From: Candidatus Magasanikbacteria bacterium UBA922
GTDB lineage: Bacteria; Patescibacteriota; Patescibacteriia; Magasanikbacterales; UBA922
Direction of reading: 5' to 3'
Assembly (NCBI GenBank): GCA_002293825.1
Contig: DBDW01000011.1
Span: 9,436 to 73,435, forward strand
DNA length: 64,000 bases
Numbering within the stretch: position 1 is the stretch's first letter; each line of letters begins with the position of its first letter. This document shows positions 49,174 to 60,100 of this stretch, piece by piece. The position numbers were made by a program, and so were the translations under genes. The notes under the pieces were generated by a model that was not told the DNA's origin, did not search any database, and was given only the letters and a program-made list of their open reading frames with translations.

Positions 49174-49770
49174 ATGTTTACCGGAATCATCACTGCAACG
49201 GCTCGAGTAGTCAAAAAAAACCTTACAAAAAAAGGAATGATCCTCACGGTTACAAAACCTAAAAAATGGAAGGTGTCTGTCGGCGCAAGTATTACCGTAA
49301 ATGGCGTATGCTCAACACTCAAAAAAACCATTCGAGGACTCACGTTCGAATACATGCCCGAAAGCCTTGAGCGCACCGACATACAATCTCTTGAAATAGA
49401 CTCAATCGTAAATCTCGAACAATCACTCAAAGCACACGATCGACTCGATGGACATATTGTCCAAGGACATGTAGATACCACAGGAAAAATTATATCACTC
49501 ACACCTGAAGGAAACTCATACATGTTCACCATTGAACCACGAGAGAAAAAATATATACCCATGATCGCCGAAAAAGGTTCAATTGCAATCGATGGTATTA
49601 GTCTTACCGTTACTGCAGTAACAAAAAAATCATTTACCTTCAAAATAATTCCCTACACCTGGGAACATACGAACTTGTCAACCAAAAAAAAGGGTGATAC
49701 GGTAAATATTGAAATTGATGTGCTTGCAAAATATCTTAACCAATTAACTCGCTATGCAACTCGAACATAA
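49174..49770 (+). CDS. ribE: riboflavin synthase (alpha subunit)
   Basis: MFTGII start. Two lumazine-binding repeats (VNGVCSTL / IDGISLTV). Confidence 0.85.
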   Translation: MFTGIITATARVVKKNLTKKGMILTVTKPKKWKVSVGASITVNGVCSTLKKTIRGLTFEYMPESLERTDIQSLEIDSIVNLEQSLKAHDRLDGHIVQGHVDTTGKIISLTPEGNSYMFTIEPREKKYIPMIAEKGSIAIDGISLTVTAVTKKSFTFKIIPYTWEHTNLSTKKKGDTVNIEIDVLAKYLNQLTRYATRT

Positions 49771-50197
49771 ACCCTCACTCATCGTAGACGGACACACTCT
49801 CACCGTAGGAATTGTCACCGCACGATTCAATGAAGAAATCACACACGCCCTACACACACATGCCATAGACAGATTACACGAATGCAATGTAGAAGAAAAA
49901 AATATCCGAAGCGTGACAGTGGCAGGAGCAGCAGAAATCCCAATCGCACTCCAAAAACTTGCCCGTACAAAAAAATATGACTGTCTTATCGCACTCGGAT
50001 GCGTGATTCGTGGAGAAACTCCCCATTTTGAATACGTATGCACAATGGTACAGCAAGGAATACTCCGCGTCTCTCTCGACGAAGGAATACCAATAGGTTT
50101 TGGGATTATTACTGTACACACACTCGAACAAGCACTCGCACGAAAAAATCTTGGTGCAGACGCTGCGAGCGCAGCACTTGAATGCGCATTGATCTAA
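49754..50197 (+). CDS. ribH: 6,7-dimethyl-8-ribityllumazine synthase
   Basis: VGIVTARFNEEIT...GAAEIP...ALGCVIRGETPHFEYV. Overlaps the ribE end by 17 nt. Confidence 0.85.
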   Translation: MQLEHKPSLIVDGHTLTVGIVTARFNEEITHALHTHAIDRLHECNVEEKNIRSVTVAGAAEIPIALQKLARTKKYDCLIALGCVIRGETPHFEYVCTMVQQGILRVSLDEGIPIGFGIITVHTLEQALARKNLGADAASAALECALI

Positions 50198-50256
50198 CCT
50201 AGACTATATACAAAAAATACACGATACTCTCGTGTATTTTTTCACACACAATTCAC

Positions 50257-50958
50257 CTACCCTCGAGCAATACTAAACCCAGACACTGCTTCCACCCCCA
50301 CCAAATGCAATGCTCGTGCACATTCGAATACCGTACTTCCTGTGGTAAACACATCATCGACAACTAGCAGTCTCTTCCCACGTATCAAAGGAATATAGGT
50401 GGGTATGACCGAAAACACCCCACTCACATTCATAATTCTACCCTGCCGATCAAGTGTAGCCTGCTGTACCGTGTGTACTACACGCTGAAGCGGATCGAGA
50501 AACGGAACACCGGTAACACGACTCACCGATAAGGCAAAAGATTTACTCTGATTAAATCCACGCTCAACAAATCGTTTTCGATGCAATGGCACCGGCACGA
50601 CAATATCCACGCCAGACAATTGGTGTGTGAAAAAAAATTTCTCAATCAAAAAATTAAATGAAGTTTCAAGAGACTCCAAATATTCATATTTATACAAATG
50701 AATCATCTGGTGAATAGGTGAAGTTTCTGTAAACGGTACGATAGCCACATGACGAACAAGCGGAGAATTTTTTCTACAAGAAAGACAAGACACTCCTTCA
50801 GCACTCGGTGTATGGCACACTGGACAGCAAAAAATACCTGTGCAATCAATCGCAGCAAGGCACGCACTACACACATTCTCACCCTCCCGACCACACGCAA
50901 CACAAAAACGAGGAAAAATATACTCAAAAAAACGACGTACCAGTGCCTGCCCCTCCAT
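50257..50958 (-). CDS. comFC: ComF-family protein (ComFC, phosphoribosyltransferase-type competence protein)
   Basis: N-terminal 4-Cys zinc finger (CVACG...CPVC). C-terminal PRTase motif LLVVDDVFTTGST. Confidence 0.75.
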   Translation of the reverse strand: MEGQALVRRFFEYIFPRFCVACGREGENVCSACLAAIDCTGIFCCPVCHTPSAEGVSCLSCRKNSPLVRHVAIVPFTETSPIHQMIHLYKYEYLESLETSFNFLIEKFFFTHQLSGVDIVVPVPLHRKRFVERGFNQSKSFALSVSRVTGVPFLDPLQRVVHTVQQATLDRQGRIMNVSGVFSVIPTYIPLIRGKRLLVVDDVFTTGSTVFECARALHLVGVEAVSGFSIARG

Positions 50959-50985
50959 AAGCTAGACGTAAAAAACGTTCACGTA

Positions 50986-51582
50986 TTATTGCAACCAGAC
51001 ACCCGCTACGAGCCACTGAGTGCCTGACTTGAGCATATCGACCTGTGCAGTAATCATCACCGTCTCAGAACTAGAATCAATTCCTCGAGTAGTCTGTCGG
51101 GCTCCGACTTCCACCTGCGCTTTTTCTGGTGTGTACGACACAATACGTGTACTCAAAACTTCGGTAGTAACCCCCTGATACGTGAGATGCTGTTCTTGTG
51201 AATGAGATCTAATCCATTCGTGCATTCCCGATGCAGCGAGTGCCAACGCATCTTCAATATGCTGATTATCATTTTGATTCGAGTAACTCCAAAAACGTTC
51301 TACAAATATACGTGCAGACTGTTTTGCATAAATTTCATCTGGACTTTCCTGCACACTCGTCTCTGACTGAGGAAGCGTATCAGGACGCCTAAATTCTACA
51401 TTCTCAATCGGGGGTAGCTCGACCTCTACACGCTCGTCAGCCAGAGGTGGAATTTCGACGGTCTCAGGATCACGAAGGATCAGAAAAAACAATATTCCAA
51501 GAATACTGAGTATGCCCCCACCCCCAATCAGTAAAATACGTGTTCGTAATGTAAGCATATAGTACAAATTAGTAGATAACAA
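50986..51582 (-). CDS. hypothetical bitopic membrane protein, possibly VirB8-like (N-terminal TM + periplasmic domain)
   Basis: Single N-terminal TM (ILLIGGGGILSILGILFFLIL) and a ~150-aa soluble domain. The VirB8 assignment rests on position and topology only. Confidence 0.3.
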   Translation of the reverse strand: MLSTNLYYMLTLRTRILLIGGGGILSILGILFFLILRDPETVEIPPLADERVEVELPPIENVEFRRPDTLPQSETSVQESPDEIYAKQSARIFVERFWSYSNQNDNQHIEDALALAASGMHEWIRSHSQEQHLTYQGVTTEVLSTRIVSYTPEKAQVEVGARQTTRGIDSSSETVMITAQVDMLKSGTQWLVAGVWLQ

Positions 51583-51587
51583 TCACA

Positions 51588-53453
51588 TTATGATCGGCGT
51601 TCTCCCAGTTGACTTGATTTAAATTCTTTTTTCGCCCGCTCAATTTCTAATAATTGTTGTGGATTCGAGGTAACCAACTGATCTTCGGTATACGAAGCTA
51701 CAATCTGTATTGCAGCATGACGATTTCCTGCAAAGAAAATCCCCTGCCCCACTCCACTATCAAGTAACAAGTATTTCTCACCCTCAGTCAACATAAATGT
51801 TTTCTGAATCATATCCACTGCCGAAGGAGATTGTCTCAACAATAATTGCATAGCAGAGTTATTTACAATTGCCTGACCATAGGGTGATCGAAGAAAATCA
51901 TTCACATCCTGTGTAATCGTCGTCACTCCGAGATAATATTTACGACATCGTTTTACCAATGCGTACATAAATTTAGCACTATCTTCATGAAGCATGAGCC
52001 ACCACGCTTCATCAATAATCAACAATCGACGTTTCTTCTCTGAACGCACAATATTCCAAATATAATTAATCAATGTATAAATGGCCATCGGGCGTAATTC
52101 ATCTTCAAGATCACGCACACTAAATATAACCAATTGATTATTCATATTCACATTAGTCGGCGAATTGAACAATCCTGAAAACGTACCTTCAGTGTATTTT
52201 CGCAATTTGAGTGCCAATGTCTCAGCACCATCCATTCCTTCGAGCACATCAAGCAAATCCTGCATAATCGGAACTTCGACGGTCGACAAATCAGACAATG
52301 TAGTAATATCTTTCTTTGCATACGCTTCCAATACTGCTCGATCGAGAATTGAGTCTTCCTGTGCAGTCATCGTACCAAACATGATACGGAGCAATCCTTT
52401 GAGCGTAATAACTGCACTGCGAATAATATCTTCAGTCGAAATTTGCTGACCCACCGGTCGAGGCAAATCAAATGGATTAACTTTACTTTCTGACGCAAGT
52501 GAAATATTGATATACGTACCACCCACTGCTTCAGAAAGATGTACATATTCCATTTCAGGATCAATCACAATGATATCAGTACCCATCATAAGACTACGAA
52601 GAATTTCCAACTTCACTGCATATGATTTTCCTGCACCAGATGTAGCAAATACCACCATATTCGCATTCTGGAGAGAAAACCGATCAAACAAAATCAAACT
52701 ATTATTATGCTTATTGATTCCATACAAAATACCATTATCACTCGTAAGTTCCGTTGAAATAAATGGAAACGATGCAGCAATCGGACTCGAATTCATGTTG
52801 AATGAAATAACCAGCTCATCCATACCAAGCGGAACAGTAGAATTGAATCCTTGCTCTGATTGATACAGCACGTGTTTACTGTGAATCAATTTGGAACCAA
52901 AAATATTATGAATATCCTCAGTCACTCGTTCGAGCTCTTCTTTTGAAGAAGCATACAGAGTAACATAAAAAGCAAACTGAAAAAAATGCTCAATTCCCTG
53001 AGTCAAATCATCTCGAAGCTGTTCAACATCTCTCAAGGCAGTTTCCCGAATCGGATCACGTGGCGCACCCTTCTCAGTATCTGCATTGATCTGTGCTTGT
53101 AGGGCACCTACCTTTTTTTTCAATTGTTTCAAAATAACGGTAGCATTGACTGGATAAAAAAACATCGAGACATCCATGGTAAGATTCAAATTGAGAATCG
53201 GACTCGACCACCCAATAGAAATATATCGAGGATATGATACGACAAAAATCGTACGCAAAAAGATGCTTCCTAATTGTAAAAAATTAGACTCTACATTGAA
53301 GGCAGAAGGTGCAATGAGATCCCGAAGTGCAACCGTACCTTCACGATAGACACGTTCTTCTTCAAGCGTAACCAAAGTCTCATCAGTATGGGGTACTGAA
53401 CGCCCTTTATTTTTGCGACTTCGTGAATCAAGTGATACGGGTTGGAATGGCAT
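51588..53453 (-). CDS. VirB4/TraC/PrgJ-family conjugal-transfer-type ATPase (ATPase portion)
   Basis: Walker A VFATSGAGKSY, Walker B LLIIDEAWW, and VirB4 C-terminal motifs. Confidence 0.85.
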   Translation of the reverse strand: MPFQPVSLDSRSRKNKGRSVPHTDETLVTLEEERVYREGTVALRDLIAPSAFNVESNFLQLGSIFLRTIFVVSYPRYISIGWSSPILNLNLTMDVSMFFYPVNATVILKQLKKKVGALQAQINADTEKGAPRDPIRETALRDVEQLRDDLTQGIEHFFQFAFYVTLYASSKEELERVTEDIHNIFGSKLIHSKHVLYQSEQGFNSTVPLGMDELVISFNMNSSPIAASFPFISTELTSDNGILYGINKHNNSLILFDRFSLQNANMVVFATSGAGKSYAVKLEILRSLMMGTDIIVIDPEMEYVHLSEAVGGTYINISLASESKVNPFDLPRPVGQQISTEDIIRSAVITLKGLLRIMFGTMTAQEDSILDRAVLEAYAKKDITTLSDLSTVEVPIMQDLLDVLEGMDGAETLALKLRKYTEGTFSGLFNSPTNVNMNNQLVIFSVRDLEDELRPMAIYTLINYIWNIVRSEKKRRLLIIDEAWWLMLHEDSAKFMYALVKRCRKYYLGVTTITQDVNDFLRSPYGQAIVNNSAMQLLLRQSPSAVDMIQKTFMLTEGEKYLLLDSGVGQGIFFAGNRHAAIQIVASYTEDQLVTSNPQQLLEIERAKKEFKSSQLGERRS

Positions 53454-53522
53454 ACATAAATCGTAAGTCTATAAAATCTTCAGAGAAAAAGTGGAAAACT
53501 GAAAATACATCACCACCTCTCT

Positions 53523-54218
53523 TTACATAGGCAAATCATCTTCCACCTGCTGACTACGGATGTCACCCAATTGCTCAGCATAGGAAATATCTGGATTATA
53601 GGTACTATAATACAATTCAATCAATGCTTGCGTATCGAGTGCCACCACCTCGAGCCCCATACTAGTAAGACCACTCTCAATCTGCCGCACTCGTAAATCA
53701 AGATTTTCTTTTCGTCGCCTAAACTGTTCTTCTTTCAATTTGAGTGTAAACGTAGGTGTAAGCACTTCTTTAAAACGAGACCAAAAACCTTTTTTCTGAT
53801 CGTCCAATGGAGAATACGGTACGACCACAAAATATCGTTTCGTCATGATTTTACCAATATCGACCAACTCTTCGATAAACAATCGATAATCAGCTATCTG
53901 CACACGAAGCAATTCATTGGGCTGTTCACGTTCCAATTTTGCCAAATTATCCAAATACGGCTTAATCTGCAAACGTCGAGACTGTACCACCACCTGAATC
54001 GGAAAATCTAATGAATTCAAAAAACCAACGTATGCCGAAATAATCGCATTCTGCTCGTCTTCTGATTTCAAAGCAAAATTAATACTCGACGTGAGAAGCA
54101 CCCGTCGCATCGTACCATCCTTCAGAACCACGACCCCATCTTTTATTTCAGCAATCGGTAAATGAGCCTGACTACTCGGCTGTGAAATTCTTTTTTGTAC
54201 TGCTTTCTTATCTTTCAT
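53523..54218 (-). CDS. VirB4-family N-terminal domain encoded as a separate ORF
   Basis: LPIAEIKDGVVVLKDGTMRRVLLTSSINFALKSEDEQNAIISAYVGFLNSLDFPIQVVV matches the conserved N-terminal region of Gram-positive VirB4 homologs. It lies 70 bp upstream of the ATPase ORF. Confidence 0.5.
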   Translation of the reverse strand: MKDKKAVQKRISQPSSQAHLPIAEIKDGVVVLKDGTMRRVLLTSSINFALKSEDEQNAIISAYVGFLNSLDFPIQVVVQSRRLQIKPYLDNLAKLEREQPNELLRVQIADYRLFIEELVDIGKIMTKRYFVVVPYSPLDDQKKGFWSRFKEVLTPTFTLKLKEEQFRRRKENLDLRVRQIESGLTSMGLEVVALDTQALIELYYSTYNPDISYAEQLGDIRSQQVEDDLPM

Positions 54219-54300
54219 AACATGTTAGTAGTATACCACGATGACCCCATTCTTGACACATCATTCCTGGACACACATGAATGATGAAAAAATATATACA

Positions 54301-54735
54301 TTATGAATCCGTATCCTCTTCTCGATAATACCCTCCCGTGTTCACAAGTAAAGACAAATCTTGAATACGCTCACGTTTTACCGGTTTTACCTCAGGCCGT
54401 GCTTCAGGCTCTTCAGGAACATACTTTCTCAATACATGTAATTCTTTGCTACTCAAAGTTTTATGCCAGACTCGTCGACTTGGACGTCTCAGTGTCTGAA
54501 TCATATTCAACAAAAAATAATGAAACGCCTGACCATTAACTTTGACAAATGCAATTACCAATCCTCCACCTCCAAAAAAAATAAGAGAAAAAAGAAATAA
54601 CGAAAAATCACCAAATCGAAATGACAAAAAAACCACGAGCCCCACTACCAACAAAATTAAAAACTGCCGAGTCGTAATCGGACCCAAAATTCGATCTTCT
54701 ACATCAATAAATTGTGGAACGACAAATTGTTGCAT
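54301..54735 (-). CDS. PrgI/VirB3-like small membrane protein
   Basis: FIDVEDRILGPITTRQFLILLVVGLVVF pattern plus a second TM. It lies upstream of VirB4, as for prgI-prgJ. Confidence 0.5.
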   Translation of the reverse strand: MQQFVVPQFIDVEDRILGPITTRQFLILLVVGLVVFLSFRFGDFSLFLFSLIFFGGGGLVIAFVKVNGQAFHYFLLNMIQTLRRPSRRVWHKTLSSKELHVLRKYVPEEPEARPEVKPVKRERIQDLSLLVNTGGYYREEDTDS

Positions 54736-54835
54736 GAAACAATACTTAACACAAGATATTACAAAATTTACACAGAATATTCGATACGTACCGACAAAAC
54801 TATACAGGTAATGAATACCACCAATCTATTCATGA

Positions 54836-56059
54836 TCAATCCATCATTTCGAATTTTCGATTCACCTCGATAAGTGCTTGGTATTCAGTATATGACAACT
54901 GACCTTCTCGCAATACAGTAGCTACCGTCTGCCGTGTCTCGAGTGCCCTGACCGTGCATTCAATGTACATACGATATAATGGACTCTGTCTCCAACTATC
55001 TCGCACCTGCAAGTATAACAAGTATGATTCATCTTTCCAACCACTAAATTTTGACAACACCATGTCTCCTGCAGTTTTCGGATCACGTGACAGACGTCTA
55101 AAATCATCAATCGAAAATGAAAGTATTTCTTCTCGTGGCCCCATAACCGCAGGAACAGTATCACCTGAACGCACCTCCTGAATAACACGAGCAGGTGCAT
55201 GTACTGGAGGAATACTCGGTTTCGGCGGAAGCGGAGGAGCCGATGATGCACGTGGTGGTACAGGTTTCGGTGCAGACGCACTCACCAACGTAGCATTGCC
55301 GGATATTTCAAAAAATAATTTCTGTGTATCATCAAGAGACAATCCCAATCCACCATCAGCAGGAGATTTCATCGCATACTCACGAAACTGATGCTCATCT
55401 CGAATACCTTTTTTCCACGACAAAACCAATGCGTTCAGACGAGCTTCCAAATCTTTGGGAAAAGTTACTGAACTAGAAAAATTCACCTGTGTAGTAGGTA
55501 GGTGATACACACTCTCTCGCTCACGCAAAGAATTGATTTCAGACACATCTTCATCGAGCAATGAGCGAAGATCTTCTTTTTTTGTACTCACCACAGGCAC
55601 TGCGACCGATGATTGCGGATGCTGAAATATCCGAGCTACCGGAGTAGTAGTCGCGAGATGTTGTTCGGGCACTACCTGAGGAACGGCAGACGAAGGAATA
55701 GACACATTCGTCTCAGAGGTAGAAGCGGATACAGTAGTAGGGATAATCGGGATCACACGTCGAGGGGTAGGAGACGAAGGTTTTGAAGTGGCGACAGTAG
55801 GGATAATCGGAATTGGACGACGTACCTCACCCTTGTGAGCCACCAGTGGTTTTACATGCGGCACATCTTTATGAGGAATAGAAGAAACTGTACTCGTCTC
55901 ACGAGCAGAATTACTACGATCTTTTGTGTCAGATACCCCGCTTTCCGTACGTTTCATCTGTTTACGCTTCTTGAATTCCTCGAGCGTGATACGCTCGGTC
56001 GTACCATCTGATTTCTTGATAAGGATGGTGGGTTGTTGCTTGATAATTGAATCTGTCAT
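54836..56059 (-). CDS. hypothetical Pro/Ser-rich protein in T4SS-like cluster
   Basis: 407 aa. Low-complexity P/S/T-rich central region. No recognised domain. Confidence 0.4.
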   Translation of the reverse strand: MTDSIIKQQPTILIKKSDGTTERITLEEFKKRKQMKRTESGVSDTKDRSNSARETSTVSSIPHKDVPHVKPLVAHKGEVRRPIPIIPTVATSKPSSPTPRRVIPIIPTTVSASTSETNVSIPSSAVPQVVPEQHLATTTPVARIFQHPQSSVAVPVVSTKKEDLRSLLDEDVSEINSLRERESVYHLPTTQVNFSSSVTFPKDLEARLNALVLSWKKGIRDEHQFREYAMKSPADGGLGLSLDDTQKLFFEISGNATLVSASAPKPVPPRASSAPPLPPKPSIPPVHAPARVIQEVRSGDTVPAVMGPREEILSFSIDDFRRLSRDPKTAGDMVLSKFSGWKDESYLLYLQVRDSWRQSPLYRMYIECTVRALETRQTVATVLREGQLSYTEYQALIEVNRKFEMMD

Positions 56060-56088
56060 ATAAATTCGATCTTAGAATAATTGGAGTC

Positions 56089-57114
56089 CTACTGGTTTTC
56101 CAATTCATCTTGTCTCAAAAATTCTTCATTCCATGTAAATACATCCATCTCATCATCGTAATAATACAAATCTCGAATTTTTTCATCCTGATATTCTTCT
56201 GATAATTCCATTAGTCGAGTAATAATATACTCATCTTTCTCATCTTCAGAAAGAGATGAAAGTTGTCGCAATAACCCAAGATACACCTCATAATATAACG
56301 ATCTTTTCTTTTTTTTACCCCCCAGAAAAATAGTATTATCTTCGACAAAATCAGAATTTTTCTGTCTCTCTTCATTAGAGCGCAAAAAATTAAAACCAAG
56401 ACTGCCCAAAATAACACTCTCAACACTAGTAGAAAGATAAGTAGCTGTATTTAAATATTGAATACGAAGATCTGCTACAGACCTTGTGTCAGTAATAATA
56501 CCAATAAACTGAAAAAAAACTCTTATTCTCTCCACTTTCTTATCTGAAGAATAAAGCTCAAATTCAGGTTCTTGAAATAAAAATTTTTCAATATCAGCAT
56601 ATAGGGCGGATCGTTCAAAAATATCTAACGAAGTTGCATCTTGTATATCCTTAACCAAAGAAAGCATATTCTTTCCACCATGATAATCATACGGATAATT
56701 AAAATCTTTAATAGAATTAACTATCGCAGCATGAAAACTATTTTGAACACTTTCATCCGGAATAGACCCGATAAGAAAATTTCTATACAAATTTGAAACA
56801 TCAAAACCAAGCCTAAATGCCATCGCAAACTGCGTAGAAACAATTTCTGAAATTTGATCTGGGGTTCGAGAAAAAAAATGTTGCCAAGAAACTATCGTAT
56901 ACCACTTCCAATAACTATCGTAAGTATCACGTATCAAATCGAGACTAAAATTTTGTTTTTTAAAGAAATCATGCCATGCATTAAAAAAATTCTCAGAAAC
57001 TTTAGGGTCATAGAGAATACCATAAATCACAGACTCAATTTCTTGTTTCTTCTCAGTATCAAGAGGTGGTAATGTACGTAAAAATTGTAAATCAATCATA
57101 GAGTTTATAATCAA
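56089..57114 (-). CDS. hypothetical cytoplasmic protein in T4SS-like cluster
   Basis: 341 aa with no TM. Overlaps the VirB6-like gene stop by 4 nt, consistent with translational coupling. Confidence 0.4.
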   Translation of the reverse strand: MIINSMIDLQFLRTLPPLDTEKKQEIESVIYGILYDPKVSENFFNAWHDFFKKQNFSLDLIRDTYDSYWKWYTIVSWQHFFSRTPDQISEIVSTQFAMAFRLGFDVSNLYRNFLIGSIPDESVQNSFHAAIVNSIKDFNYPYDYHGGKNMLSLVKDIQDATSLDIFERSALYADIEKFLFQEPEFELYSSDKKVERIRVFFQFIGIITDTRSVADLRIQYLNTATYLSTSVESVILGSLGFNFLRSNEERQKNSDFVEDNTIFLGGKKKKRSLYYEVYLGLLRQLSSLSEDEKDEYIITRLMELSEEYQDEKIRDLYYYDDEMDVFTWNEEFLRQDELENQ

Positions 57115-60100
57115 AGCATTCCACTTTTTCTTGCAATGTCGACCAATTCTCTATGCGACAAAGCACCGATTTTTTCAGGAGGAAAGCCAAACTGGGTATA
57201 CAATTCTTTCCACGCACTTAAAACATTAGCTTTCACCGCAGGAGATTCATCTTGATTTTGAGGATCAGATATTTTTTTCCACTCAGAAAAAACAGGTTTC
57301 CATTCTTCTTTAAAGTCAGGTGGTACCTTGTGAAAGGAATTCGAGGTTTCATCATACAAACCACTTTCTCCATATTCTCGAGCACCTAAAAGATATCTCA
57401 ATTTAGGCGTACCCATCTTCTTTATCCCATCAGCACTTCGAATACGAGCAATGGTTGCGATCTGTCCTTTTGCACGCTGCTTAATCGTTACACCGGAAGC
57501 AGTAATATTCGTATATTCTCTTCCATCTGCAGCTGATAAAATATCAAAATTAGGTTCCATATAATCTTTAACATCTGACTTTATCATTTGAACCCCATCT
57601 TCCTTTTTGCCAGTTCCCAAAACACCTTTAGTTCCAACCCCATTTTTCATAGCAACCGCAGCACCTACAACTTTTGCACCAAATTCATTGCGCCCTTCAG
57701 CAAACTGATGAAACAAATGAATATTACCTTTTTGCTCAGCAGAATCTTGTACCCCTTTTTGTATAGTACGAAAAAGAATACCAGCTTTTTCCTTGAGATT
57801 TTTTCGATATTCTTCCTGAACCCGAGACGCATCCTCAGGGGTTTTTAGTTCTGTTGCACTTCGTGCAGTAAGTGCTCCCAATAAGAGTTTACCTGCACCA
57901 TCTTCATCATCAATAATCTCATCATAAGAAGTGTCACCAATAGATTGGTTAAAAGATCTCAAAGCACCTACCATCGAATGGTGGTAACCTCTCTGCTGTA
58001 TACTTGCAACAACTCGTGCCTGACTCTGGCTTCGATTCTTTAGAAAATCTTTCTCCTGATCACTGAGAGTTTCCCCGTTTTTTTGCTTATCAGTCAATTC
58101 TCTAATATCTTTCAAATTTCGTTGAAATAATTCAAATATTTCTTCATAAGAAATTCCCTCAAGTTCTTTTAACTCTTCAGATATTTTTGCTCGTTCCATA
58201 TTTCTAATCTCATCCATTTCTTTCCCTTGTAAACCTCTCAAAATATCTGAAATCTTAAGACCAATATTTTTTTCTTCTGACTCAGCTTTCTTAGTTTTTT
58301 GTTCAGCACTTTTAATACTAGTCTGGGCTTGAATTTTAAGCCATTGTGGATTGTTAGCAATTACATCAGCCATCACATTAACACGTTGTTTCTCATCAAT
58401 ATTCTTAATCGCTTCTTCACGATTATCATTGATGAATTTTTCAAAATTTTTCTGTGCATATTTGGTTTTAAATTCTTTCTTCTCATAATCATAACCGTAA
58501 TCCATCTCTTTAATCTCTTTCTTTTTTGCCTGTATTTGATCTTGATAATTTCCTTTACGTATCTCATTTTCAGTTTTACCTAATTGTTGTGAAAGCTTTT
58601 GTATAGCCACCAATTCAAGAACGGTATTCTGTACCAATTCCTCATTTGCCTTTTCCAAAGCTTCCTCAAATTCACGAGTTTCTTTCATTACATATCCAAG
58701 ATTCATGATACCAAAAAATTTATCTTCATCGCCTTTAAGTTTATTTTCAATTTCTTTAAAAGACATCTGATCTAAATGAGTGGCCACAAACGGAGTAGAT
58801 TCTGCTGCCTGCTCTTGAAACTCTCTTAATTTATCTACGTTAAATTTTTTACTCAATTCTTCAAGTCTTAACTCTGGATCTGAAATATTCTTAATTTTTT
58901 CAGCTTCTTTAGGATCAATATTTTTTATTAAAATATTCTCAAGATTTTTATCAAATTTTTGCCTCTGCTCACCCGAAATCTGAACTCGTGCATCAATTCT
59001 TTGCCTATTAAATGCAGTTTCTTTCTGTTTTTCTATCATTTCAGTTTTTTCAGTTGCCATCGCACGGGTTTTTGCATCTGGCGCAAACAAACCTGCAAAC
59101 CCACCACCCTTAGCTGTTACAGCACGAGCCTTCATGTCACGTAAATAATCCACTTTTTTCAACGCAGCATCCCTTCTCAATTTTTCTCTTCCAAAATAAT
59201 CCTTAACAGCCAATAGACCAGTTTTAGATGCTGCAAGTTTTCCATATGCACCACCCACTTCTACCCCCTTACCCACCAACCATCTACCCGCAGCATACCC
59301 AGTAGCAATCGTTGCCACTTTCTTCGTAAAATCTACTGCTCCACCAATAAGCCCAGAACCTGTGGCACCAGTATCCTGCGTCTTCTTGATACCTACCCAG
59401 AGAAACGCAATTCCGAGAAGAAAACTCGCCATATTCTCCCACGTAGTAATCTCGAGAATAGAGACAGACTGCTGAAATTGTGCATTCTCTCCAGTAGCAT
59501 CGATCTTGATCACATTCGGACCACTCTGAATCTCAGAAATAATCTGCCCAGTACCAAAGGTGGCAAACGCAAGCCACAAGAAAAATACCATTATCGGAGC
59601 CACAATCACATGCTTGGTAAATTCACTCCACCACTCACGAGCATAATCCTCACCTTTCGGAAGCGCATAAAGCATGAATGCGAGAGGAGAAAGAATAATC
59701 AGTGCCCACAAGACCACAATACGAGCAATCATGGTAACGAGATACGCTCCAATCGTAACCGCTGCAAGAAGTGCAAACAGAAACGACATCACACTTGCGG
59801 CAAAAAGTGCAAGCGAAGCATTTTCAGGAGTCGTACCAAGGGCATCTCCCGAAACCAAGCCTAAAATTTTATCAAATTGAAACAAATTAATAAGATTCCC
59901 ACCTGCAGTAGCAGAGACAGGATTCAAAAAAGTGATGGTAAAAATATGTGCCACATCGATCACGAGCTGTGCGATCAAATTACTAAAATTGATTAATATT
60001 GCCATCAACACAATCTTCACCAATCCTCGCTTCCACTCATACCCCTCGAGACCGAGAATCGTGGCAAAGGCAATCACCAACAGCCCCACAATAAAGAACA

